DNA of 64,000 bases from the human T2T-CHM13v2.0 reference genome, Homo sapiens. Both the position numbers and the translations under genes were made by a program. The notes beneath the pieces are model-generated. The model did not search any database. It saw nothing but the letters and a program-made list of their open reading frames with translations, and was not told the origin of the DNA. The stretch lies in NCBI RefSeq assembly GCF_009914755.1, contig NC_060935.1, one strand, 5' to 3'. Positions within the stretch are counted from its first letter, which is position 1. Every line of letters starts with the position of its first letter. Below, one piece after another: positions 1 to 14,889 of this stretch.

Positions 1-2830
<2,830 letters not shown>

Positions 2831-4319
2831 TTTTTTCCCCAAAATCTACATATTTTTCTACAACTTGCTTTTCTTTTCTGACTCCATAGAGTATATATTT
2901 ATTTCACTGCTTTAGACTATGTATTAATAAATAATACAAATCTACTAAAATTTATACAATTCTATCTTCCAATTTTGCTATTAGAAAGTTGTTCTTAATT
3001 AATTTAAAATACGTTACATAACATTATATTGTACATGATATGCATATTACTTATACTATAAACAATCTAATGAACATCAATTAACTTCTAGATAAGTTCT
3101 GTGATCCCCATTGTACAGAGAAAGCAAGTGGGGCTACAGGGAGTTCTATCCTTTTTTGTATTAACTGGTGAGACAATAATTCAAAACCAGGGCTACCTAT
3201 TTCCTTTCTACTGCAAAATGTTCCATCTAAATGAAGCCTGAGAAACCCAGCACTACCCACTTGTTAGGCATGTTTGAAATGCTTGAGTAGTTGGCCATTT
3301 TCCTTGTAGCATTTATTTGATCTGAAAACACCTTCAACATAGATGAAACAAAATATTTTATACTAAACCAACCTACCATTGGCTCAACATAAACCCAGAT
3401 ATGTACAGATTCTGTATGAGGGGGTAGGTGGCGGGGCTTGTATTAGTTTCCTTAGTCCTTGAAAAGAATCCCCATAATTTCATATTATTTTATTTCAATC
3501 CAGATAATTAAAGTCAAAAATGATATAATAAATGTCATTACTCTGTCAAAATTCTAGCTTAAATGGACCTCTGGCCTATTCTAGCAAGTGTTTATCACAA
3601 TGAAAGAATGACTGCTTGAAAGGGCTGCATTTCTTTCATTTTTACAGTAAATTTACCCTAGGAAAAAGCTTATACCAACTTATTATATCTCAGACCTCAC
3701 TAAATGTTTAATTGAAGAGAATTATTTCTTGTTTCTTGTTCCTCCACTACATAATTTCTGTAATAAGCAATAGAAAATGTAAGGCCATTTCTCAGACATC
3801 CATTATATAACAGGGTTAATATACTTGTAAAGAATAGCACCTAGATGGAAGTTGCATTTTAAGAATACTAGTACAAAGACACTTTGAAGCCTTCAAAAAT
3901 ATGTGAATATGAACATATTTTGGGAAATTGCTCTCCAATTAATTCTACTAATTTCAAGAACTAGAAAGAGAAATAAAATAAGTGGCTGTGAATAATTATG
4001 TTTCTAAAAAGGTACAGAATTACATTTTAACGTTATTTAGAATAAATACAAATACCTGTTTAATATAGTGAAAAAAATGCTTCTCTATGTTTCTAAGAAC
4101 CACGCACATTAGAAGTCAGTCTTCTTCTAAGAAAATCTTCTTCATTTTGAAGATAAATCTGTTTCATCTTTCATCTAGTAACTCTCTCTTTACTTGATGA
4201 TTATAAATTTTTTTTAATTTGGAAATAACACTATTGTGAGTATTTGTCATGAAAAGTCAAATTGAAAAAAGTGACTTAAAATATAGAGCCATTTTATTGC
4301 AAAAAGTCACAAGGATGTT

Positions 4320-4355
4320 CCTGCTTTTCTGGGTCCTTCTCTTGGTCCTTTCTAG
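4320..4355 (+). promoter_or_regulatory. Putative 3' splice acceptor of the OR coding exon
   Basis: Pyrimidine tract plus TTTCTAG ending 14 nt before the ATG, conserved at 22254-22255 and 51437-51438. This matches typical OR gene architecture. Confidence 0.6.
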
Positions 4356-4368
4356 ACTTTTGGTAGTC

Positions 4369-5298
4369 ATGGGTCGAGGAAACAGCACTGAAGTGACTGA
4401 ATTCCATCTTCTGGGATTTGGTGTCCAACACGAATTTCAGCATGTCCTTTTCATTGTACTTCTTCTTATCTATGTGACCTCCCTGATAGGAAATATTGGA
4501 ATGATCTTACTCATCAAGACCGATTCCAGACTTCAAACACCCATGTACTTTTTTCCACAACATTTGGCTTTTGTTGATATCTGTTATACTTCTGCTATCA
4601 CTCCCAAGATGCTCCAAAGCTTCACAGAAGAAAATAATTTGATAACATTTCGGGGCTGTGTGATACAATTCTTAGTTTATGCAACATTTGCAACCAGTGA
4701 CTGTTACCTCCTAGCTATTATGGCAATGGATTGTTATGTTGCCATCTGTAAGCCCCTTCGCTATCCCATGATCATGTCCCAAACAGTCTACATCCAACTC
4801 GTAGCTGGTTCATATATTATAGGCTCAATAAATGCCTCTGTACATACAGGTTTTACATTTTCACTGTCCTTCTGCAAGTCTAATAAAATCAATCACTTTT
4901 TCTGTGATGGTCTCCCAATTCTTGCCCTTTCATGCTCCAACATTGACATCAACATCATTCTAGATGTTGTCTTTGTGGGATTTGACTTGATGTTCACTGA
5001 GTTGGTCATCATCTTTTCCTACATCTACATTATGGTCACCATCCTGAAGATGTCTTCTACTGCTGGGAGGAAAAAATCCTTCTCCACATGTGCCTCCCAC
5101 CTGACAGCAGTAACCATTTTCTATGGGACACTCTCTTACATGTACTTACAGCCTCAGTCTAATAATTCTCAGGAGAATATGAAAGTAGCCTCTATATTTT
5201 ATGGCACTGTTATTCCCATGTTGAATCCTTTAATCTATAGCTTGAGAAATAAGGAAGGAAAATAAGCTTTAAAAGTGATAGGAAAAAAGTTTTGTTAA
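4369..5298 (+). pseudogene. OR5AK3P: Olfactory receptor family 5 (OR5AK), C-terminally truncated 298-aa ORF ending at 5265
   Basis: OR motifs [26 protein letters not shown] and [15 protein letters not shown]>TAA at 5263-5265 removes the last 11 aa, and the paralogous stop is still in frame at 5296-5298. Confidence 0.88.
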
Positions 5299-5385
5299 GT
5301 TAGACACAGTTGTTAAAATTCAACACAACAAAGCATCCAGCACAGCTAATCTGCCAAAATTTAAAGTTTCTAAAATAGGGAGCAT

Positions 5386-7528
5386 GTAGGAAAATCCCAA
5401 ATTAACCATCTAACATCACACCTAGAGCAATTAGAAAAATAAAAGCCAACCAATCTCAAAGCTAGCAGAAGAAAAGAAATAACTAAAATCAGAACAAAAC
5501 TGAACAAAATTGAGACCCAAAAGTCCATACAAAGAATCAATGAAACCAAAACTTGTTTTTTATTTTGAAATAATCAATAAGATTGGTAGGCTTCTATCTA
5601 GATTCACAAAGAAAAAAAAAAGGAAAGATCCAAATAAGCACAAGCAGAAAGGACAAAGGTGACATTATAAACAATCCCACAGAAATACAAAAGATCCTCA
5701 GAGACTATTATGAACATCATTTCTATGCAAATAAACTAGAAAATCTAGAGGAAATAGATAAATTCCCAGGAACACACAACCTCTCAAGATTTAATCAGGA
5801 AGAAATTGAAACCTTGAATGAACCAATATCAAGTTCTGAAGTGGAAGCTAAGTGCCATCCAAAAAGGGGCCCAGACAAGACAAATTTGCAGTCAAATTCT
5901 ACTAGATGTAAAAAGAAGAGCTAATACCAATGCTATTGAAACTATTTCAAAATATTGAAGAGGAGGAACTCTTTTGTAACCCATTCTACAAAGCCACAAT
6001 TACCCTGATACCAAAACTTAGCAAAGACAAAACAAAACAAAAAATAAAACTGCAGGCAAATATCCCTGATGAACATAGATGCAAAGCCAACAGTGAAATA
6101 CTAGCAAATCGAATTGAACAGCACATCAAAAGTTAATTCACCATGATCAAGTAGGCTTCATTCTTGGGATGCAAGTTTGGCTCAAAATATGCAAATTATT
6201 AAATCTGATTCACCACATCAATAGTATTTAAAACAAAAACCATATGATCATCTCAATAGATGCAGGAAAATTCTTCAATAAACTCCTACATCCCTTTATA
6301 ATAAAAACCCTCAAAAAACTAGGCATCAAAGCAACGTATCTCAAAATAAGTGCCATCTATGACAAATTCACAGCCAACATTATAATGAATGAGCAAAAAT
6401 TGGAAGCATTTCCCCTTGAGAACTAGAACAAGACAGGGATGCTCACTGTCACCATTCCTATTAAATGTAGTACTGGAAGTCTTAAGTAGAGTAACCAGAC
6501 AAGAGAAAGAAACAAAAGGCATCCAAATAGAAAAAGAATCAAACTAACTCTCTTTGTGGAGAATATGATTCTATATCTAGAAAACTCCAGACTCTGCCAA
6601 AAGGCTCCTGAAACTGATAAATGACGTTAGTAAAGTTTTAAGTTACAAAATCAATATACAAAAATTAGTAGCATTTTCATACACCGATAAAGTTCAACCT
6701 GAAAGCCAAATTTAAGAACACAATCCCATTTACAATAGCCACCAAAAAAATAAAATAAAATACCTAGGAATACAACTAACCAAGGAGATGAAATATCTCT
6801 ACAAAGAGAATTACAAAATATTGCCCAAAGAAATCAGAATGATACAAACAAATGAAAAAGCAGTCCATGCTCATGGATAAGAATAATCAATATCATTAAA
6901 ATGGCCATACTATCTGAAGCAATCTACAAATTCAGTGCTATTTCTATCAAACTACCAATACCATTTTTTTTACAGAATTAGAAAAACTATTCTAAAATTT
7001 ATGTGAAACCACAAAAGAGCCAAAATAGCCAAAGCAATCCTTAGCAAAAAGAACAAAACTGGAGACATCACATTACCTACTTCAAAACATACTATAAGGC
7101 TACAGTAACCAAAACAGCGTGGTATTAGTACAAAAACAGAAATATAGACCCTGTGGAACAGAATAGAGAACATAGAAACAAAGCCACCCACATACAACCA
7201 TCTGATCTGTGATGAAGTCAACAGAAGTAAGCAATGGAGAAAGGACTTCCTATTTAATAAATTGTGCTGGGATAACTGGCTAGCTAGCCATATGCCAAAA
7301 AATGAAACCGGACCCTACCTTTCACCAGACACAAAAACTAATTCAAGATAGGTTAAAGATTTAAATGTAAGGCCTCAAACTATAGAAATCCTAGAAGAAA
7401 ACCAGGGAAATGCCTTTCTGGACATCAGCCTTGGGAAAGAATTTATGACTAAGTCCTCAAAAGCAATTGCAACAAAAACAAAATTTGACAAGTAGGACCT
7501 AATTAAATTAAAGAGCTTCTGCACAGTT

Positions 7529-7567
<39 letters not shown>

Positions 7568-8532
7568 ACAGAGTAAGCAACCTACAAAATAGAAGAAAAT
7601 ATTCACAAACTATGCATCTTACAAAAGTCTAATATCAAGAATTTATAAGGAACTTAACTCAACAAGCAAAAAAACAAATAACCCTATTAAAAAGTGGACA
7701 AAGGACATGAACAAACACTTCTCAAAAGATATACAAGCAGCCAACAAACATATGAAAACAATGCTTAACATCACTAATCACCAGAAAAATGCAAATCAAA
7801 ACCACAATGAGACAGCCATCACACACTGGTCAGAATGGCTATTATTAAAAAAGTCAAGAATAAAACCAATAGATGCTAGTGAGGCTGCAAAGAAAAGATA
7901 ATATTTATGCACTGTTGTTGGGAATCTAAGTTAGTTCAGCCACTGTGGAAAGCAATATGTAGATTTCTGAAAGTACTTAAAGCAAAACTGTCATTCAACC
8001 AAGTAATCCCATTACTGGATATATATTGAAAAGAAAATAAATTTTTCTACCAAAAAGACACAGGTGCTGGCATGTTCATCACAGCACTATTCACAATAGC
8101 AACAATACAATCAACCTAAGTGCCAATCAGTGGTGGATTGGGTAAAGAAAATGTGGTACATATACACCATGAAATACCACACAGCCATAAAAATGAACAA
8201 ATTCATATCCTTTGCAGCCACATGAATATAGCTAGAGACCATTATCCTAAGTGAATTAATGCAGGAACAGGAGAGCAAATATTGAATGTGCTTACTTATA
8301 AGTGGGAGCTAAACATTGAGTACACAAGGACACAAAAATGGGAACAATAAACACTAGGGACTACTAGCGTGCAAGGAAGCAAGTGGGGCAAGGATTTAAA
8401 AACCAACTGTTGGGTACTATACTCACTGCCTGGGTGACAGGATTGTTCTTATCCCAAACTTCAGCGTCATGCAATATACAAACTTGTACATGAACTTCTG
8501 AATCTAAAATAAAAGTTGAAATTATAAAAAAC
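5386..8532 (+). mobile_element. 5'-truncated L1PA15/16-like element (ORF2 and 3' UTR), unit 1 copy
   Basis: ORF2 peptide fragments (5583-6426) and an L1 3' end. Degenerate TSD AAAATAGGGAGCAT (5372-5385) / AAAATAAAGAACAT (8533-8546). Confidence 0.9.
7532..7564. repeat. (TA)n microsatellite inside L1
   Basis: About 16 TA units, absent from the paralogous L1 copies. Confidence 0.95.
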
Positions 8533-8966
8533 AAAATAAAGAACATATCTACATCATAAACCAATGCACTTCTTTCCATAGATAAGCTCTTACATTTTGG
8601 AAAATATAACAGAAATATTTCCTGGAGCTGAAAAATGCTTCACAGGAAATATTGACAATACACAGTTTTAAAGTTTCTGACTTCACCATTACAGCAAAAA
8701 GAAATTAAATGAAAACACTCTTTCTGTAAAGATAGTTTAGGGAGATGCCTGATTAAACAGGAAATGTTGTAGTATCTTTCTTGCTATCTGATGGTTAATT
8801 TTTTTCTTTATTGGCTCTGAAAGATGGTGTGATCCATCCTGCCACGAGGAAAGATGAACATTCCCACCAACACAGAACATAAAGGTGAGCAATCCAACTT
8901 GCTCAGCATTGGATCCCCAACATCCAGCATATTTAGCACACTGTAGTTGATCAATAAACATTTGTT

Positions 8967-9290
8967 GGCTGGACATGGTGGCTCACACCTGTAATGCCAG
9001 CACTTTAGGAGGTTGAGGTGGGTGAATCGCCTGAGGTCAGGAGTTTGAGATCAGCCTAGCCAATATGATGAAAACCTGTCTCTACTAAAAATACAAAAAA
9101 TTAGCCAGGCATGGTGGTGTGTGCCTGTAGTCCCAGCTACTCAGGAGTCTGATGCAGGAGGATCACTTGAGCCAGGGAGGCAGAGGTTGCAGTGAGCCAA
9201 GATTGTCACTGCACTCCAGCCTGGACCACAGAGCGAGACTCTGTCTAAAAGAGTAAATTAATTAAATAAATAAATAAATAAACAAACAAA
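8967..9290 (+). mobile_element. Alu (AluS-like), unit 1 specific
   Basis: Full dimer with a (TAAA)/(CAAA) tail and TSD of about AAACATTTGTT. Empty sites at about 37465 and 56795. Confidence 0.95.
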
Positions 9291-10084
9291 CAAACATATG
9301 TTGAAGGAATAAATGGACAAAAGAAAGCAGAAAGGAAAGATCAGAAATCTAGACAGAGGACTCTCAGTAGAGTTGAGAGGAGTCAGCTGCAGTCCAGTGC
9401 AGCTGTTTCTGGGTTGAAAAGTGAAGCAGCAACAAGAGCTTTGCCAAGCTTACTGGGTGAAGCAACTACTTGTAACAACATCGAAGAATGTTGTTGTAAA
9501 TAAACACACAGAAAATACATGTCTGTCATTTTATATGCAGAAGTGTAGAATAAAAGAGCAACAGGATACAGGTGACCAGGTCGATTCTCTCAGTTCCTCA
9601 GTGTCAGCGTTATCAATTTTTCAATCCACAGTTTATGGAATAAAACATGTGAAACCAGCTTGGTAGCTTGAGCAAGCTATCAGGGATCTCCAAGAATTGC
9701 TGGGTTTTTATTAATAATGTTTTCTTTTTATTTGTATGTATGTGTCACAGAAGATACAAAGGCAGAATATCTAATGGTATACAGGAATTATAGACACCAA
9801 GAAGAATGCGGGCAGAGCTATCACTTAACCCAGAGTAGTAGTGGGCAATTTTGTCAGTGGATGCATGTGTCGTGTCTCCATCATTCCCCACCAAGAAAAC
9901 TACATATTTTATGAATTAATCCTTAACATCTGGCATGATTCTTTGCATAAATAACTTATTAGCACAGTTAAGAAAGAAGTCACACTGCTTTCAAGGATAT
10001 TGGAGCTGTAATATCCTACTGCCAAAGATATTGATGCTCGATCTTCTATGAGGCAGAAGATAATGGTCACCTACCACTACAGTA

Positions 10085-10494
10085 AAAGGGAAAGTGATTT
10101 TGAGGAATAGTAAACATAATCGTAAATCAGAATTATGCCAGGTGGTGTGGAATGGAGTTGAATAGTGCAATTCTCTAAGACTTAAATTTTTGGATAAATT
10201 ATAAGGTTACTTTACTCCTGTCTAACCTGAAAGGGATGCTTTCCACATTACATTTTTAAGCATGATATTTGCTGTAGTTTTAATTGATGATATTTATTGA
10301 GGTTAAATAGATTCCTGTCTATTCTTAGTTTGCTAAGAGCTTTGCATAATAAATTTATGTTGACTTTTAGTAAATCTTTTTCTGTATCTGCTGGAACAAT
10401 CATATGGTTTTCATCCCTTGATATGGTAACAGTTAACCATATGTCAATGTATGTAATTGGTTTTCTGGAATTAAAGCAATCTTATGTTCTTAGA

Positions 10495-10536
<42 letters not shown>

Positions 10537-10955
10537 GGTGGTGGTCCTCATCATATCCTCATTTAACTCACCAGTCCAGGACCTACAAAATCCAAACAGA
10601 TACTGGCAGAAAATTGACTACCACAACCTTAGCCAAATGGAAGCACCAATCTCAGTCACTGTACCAGATGTGCAATTGCTACTGGAAAAAACAGCTTCTA
10701 GTACTATGCACTGACACTAAATTGGAAATACATTCTTTTCCACAAGTATCAGGAAGGAAGTTCAGAAGCAAGATACATTCTCTTAGCATAGATATCACGA
10801 AACATTCCCAATCATTCCCAGGGCTATCTGAACTCTCCTGAGCCACAGTGTGGCCTATTGGACCTTGACCATTAAAAAACTTGTAGAACAACACTCCGCT
10901 CCACTTTAGTGATGATATGATTGGACCTGAGAAAGAGGAAGTAGCAAGTACCCTG
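10085..10955 (+). mobile_element. Ancient ERVL-class pol (RT) remnant, unit 1 copy, interrupted by an insert
   Basis: Translates to VV..SSFNSPV, IDYH.L, VPDVQLLLE, PGLS/QGYLNS and a degenerate HFSDD, resembling ERVL RT. Confidence 0.7.
10188..10535 (+). other. Unit-1-specific poly-A-tailed insert of antisense old L1 ORF2-like sequence
   Basis: Absent at 38400 and 57742. ATTAAA at 10470-10475 is followed by an A/(TAAA)n tail from 10497. Confidence 0.65.
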
Positions 10956-11099
10956 TGCTAGTTTGTTACAGAAGCAATAGAAACAGAAAACTAGTGCAAA
11001 CTTCATGAAAAATAATTGTACCAAGTAACATGTACAATAAAATGTATAGCAATATTGTGTATAGTAGCAAAATCTGGGAACTACCCAAACATCCACTGG

Positions 11100-11525
11100 T
11101 AGAATGTTTTCGTCTAAATCCTCTAAGAAGCAGACACCAAGATGGGATTACACATGCAAACATTTTGTTAGGGGGATGCCTATGTAAAAGGAAATAGGGA
11201 GGACAATGGGAAAAGCTAAGAGTGATGCAAGTTTGACTCCAAGTCAAGAAGAGAGGGAGAGAAGATTGGGAAGAAGCATGTGAGAATGTCATGAAGCAGA
11301 AAGATGATTTGGCAAACTTACTGAGAAATCCTTGAGCCAAAATGGGCTGACAAAGGAGTCCTGTGTTTCTCAGATATGGGTCTACCTTAGAATCCATACT
11401 GCACACAGTCATTTTCACATCCCCTTGAAAAACTACTACAAGGGAATTCAAAGTAAGAAGCTGAGATCCTTGGTGATTTATACTAGTTGAAAGAGGTATA
11501 CAAATTCATTAACACAGCTGCTATA
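11100..11525 (-). mobile_element. ERVL LTR (LTR16-like); paralogs at about 40530-40935 and 58305-58745
   Basis: AGAAGCAGACACCAAGATGGGATTA...GGGGGATGCCT resembles the recalled LTR16-family sequence. Confidence 0.55.
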
Positions 11526-11710
11526 CTGGTGAAGGGATAAATTTAATTACATTTTAATCAAATGATGGAATATTATGCAGCAGGGAAACTATGACACGAC
11601 AGATAAATTTTAGTACTGTTGAGTAAAAATAAACATCACACAATAAAATAGAAGGAAATTTTTTATTAACTTCAGTAACAGGCAAACTAGAAAGCATATG
11701 GTTTGCATGT

Positions 11711-11714
<4 letters not shown>

Positions 11715-11748
<34 letters not shown>
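11715..11748. repeat. (GT)n microsatellite; paralogs at 41136-41185 and 58940-59015
   Basis: Visible dinucleotide array at the same position in all three units. Confidence 0.95.
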
Positions 11749-11750
<2 letters not shown>

Positions 11751-12805
11751 ATGTAAAGCTATAAATCAAAAAATAAAAGAACACAAAGAAACATTCTGTG
11801 AATGTTGCCATTTGCAGATAAGGAAGAGGCTAAGCAGGTGCACAATACAGGGAAGGAGTACATTGGTAGGTATATCTTATAGATAATTTTTGAGTCATTG
11901 GACTAGATTATCTACTTAATAAATTATTATGTAATTAATATTAAATAATGTTGTGCATGGACCAATGGCAACAGTGTGTCATGAAACAGGGTGATGACTA
12001 ATCCAATTCTCTGCACATTGTTATGATATGTTTAATTAAAATAAAATTCCAAAATATTCAGAAAGCTGAGTGCTTTCTAAGAAACTGTTCTTTCTGTATA
12101 AAACAGGCTGTGACTTTACATTAAACATCCTCAGGGAGACTGTGTACTAACCCAACCACTGCTATCACCCCCAGAATCAGGTCATTCAGGAGTCAATAAT
12201 ATGAAAGGGAACTTCTTTAAGAGACTAGCCCTATTCCAAAGCAAAAGAAATGACAGATTGCCCCTTTAGTTAATTCAATAAAATTCCATTTTCAGTGGTA
12301 CAGTGTGGATTAGAAAGATTAGCTAGAACAGCTAACACTTATAATTAAATTTTATAGCTAAATTCCATCAATCTTAATTTCTGAAGTGCTCAGTAATCAA
12401 AAAAAAAAACCCCTCAAGTTTTGTATGTCTTTCTCCAGAAAATTTTGGGCCTGGGGAAGAGGAAGTGGCAATTACCCTGTAGTAGTTTGTTACAGAAGCA
12501 ATAAGAGGAAACTAGTGCAATATTCATGAAAAATAATTGTACCTAGTAACATGTACAATAAAATTTATAGCAATATTGTGTATAATAGAAAATAGTGTCT
12601 CATTCTTTTTAATGAGGCAAAAAGGGCAATTCAAAATATCAATTTTAAAGTAAAACACTTTTTCAGAGGGCAACATATATAACAGATAATTCACATGAAA
12701 TGAAAAATTGATTGTGCTGAGAAATATGAAGATACCCAATCCAGCTCATATGAGAAAAGGCCAAACCAAATATATTATTTTTCACCTATACAAATAGCAA
12801 ATTTT

Positions 12806-13139
<334 letters not shown>

Positions 13140-13662
13140 TTAGAGAAACAGTCACTAGATTTGGTAGAAGTGGTATAAATTGGAAGAGCCTCTGGAGGGT
13201 AGCTGGGCAATAAGTATCAAAAGTTATCATTATTATACCATTTACTCAGTATTCTCTCCAAAATACCTATTAATCCTACAGATGTATTCACAATAATATT
13301 TACAGTAACATTGTTTATATTAGTAAAAGATTGAAAACAACCTAAATGTCAACCAATGGATGGGGGAAAGAGTCTGATTAAACAGAATAATGAATGCAAC
13401 TGTTCAGCAAAATATAATACAACCATTAAAAAGAGTGAGGCTTCTCTTCTCGTACTGATGGAGACAAATCACCCAAAAATATTAGGAAAAATGAAAGCTG
13501 AGCAATGTGAATAATACATTATCTTTTGTTGCAGGGGAAAACAAAGAATATGAATTTAATATGTTTTCAAATGCAATGCAAGACTTGTATATCTGGAAGA
13601 ATAACAAGAGCTTGTAACAGTGGTAATCTAAAGGGAAAGAAACTGAAGATTAGAAATTAATA

Positions 13663-13975
<313 letters not shown>

Positions 13976-14234
13976 AAATTAATAGATGGATGGGGATGGG
14001 GACATGGTTTGTACTCTATACACTTTCATACTTCTGAATTTTTTACCATATAGATGTTTTGTTATTCATCCCTCACCCTTGAAGAAAAGAGAAGGTGAGG
14101 GTAAGAAGAAATAAAAGCAGGAAGAAATGGAAAAAAAAAACACGGGAGAAAAGAAGGAAGAATAAAAGGGAGAGAGGGAAGAAGGTTAAAAGCAAAGTGT
14201 CAATAGCAGGGCAGTTCTCAAAAATGAAAGCAAA

Positions 14235-14491
14235 AAGTCCCTGACGGCATTAAAACAAGAATTTTCTTCCCCCTGGAGAGCTTAACTTCGCTTCAGCAGA
14301 AAATAACTAGCAAACATTGTTTTTCCCATTACGTCTGAGCCCCTGGAACCTCAGGTTCTCCAGGAAGTGGGTATTGATCTCTTATACCCCAGCTATATAC
14401 TCGCTGATGAGGAGGAACTGAAAAGAGAGACCCTGGTCAGCAATCAGTGCCAGTTGCAGAAAGAGAACCTGTAGGCAACCTCAAAGTAAGT
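14235..14491 (+). promoter_or_regulatory. Candidate OR promoter and 5' non-coding exon for OR5AK2
   Basis: Non-repeat block conserved with 42980-43239. It has O/E(EBF)-like sites CCCCTGGAGA (14270) and TCTCCAGGAA (14357), reverse TAAT cores, and a donor-like GTAAGT at 14486. Confidence 0.45.
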
Positions 14492-14889
14492 AAAACAAAG
14501 CAAATAGCATTTTTTTCAAAATCTGACATGTATCATGCCAGTACATGCAGGAAATTTTGGAAGAAAAGATTAGCCAAAGTCCCAGCATGTTTTCTCTCAA
14601 AACCAGGAGGAATTACTTCATCCCTGGTAATTTACTGGAAATAAAGGGATGGATTTGGTTCAGCCTGAGTATTACCTGGGAAAGAACATGAATGAACAAA
14701 TGATTGAATAAATCAATCGATTGCTCAATTAACCAATTAATATAATATACCTTTAATGTATTATTTGCATTGTTATTAAAGTCATTTGCTGGGCATACTT
14801 TCCATGCCCAGCCCTGTGCTGAGAAATTTACATAAATTTGCTCACTTAAATCTCACATCACTGCACAATAGACTTTACTTTTTCTTCTT

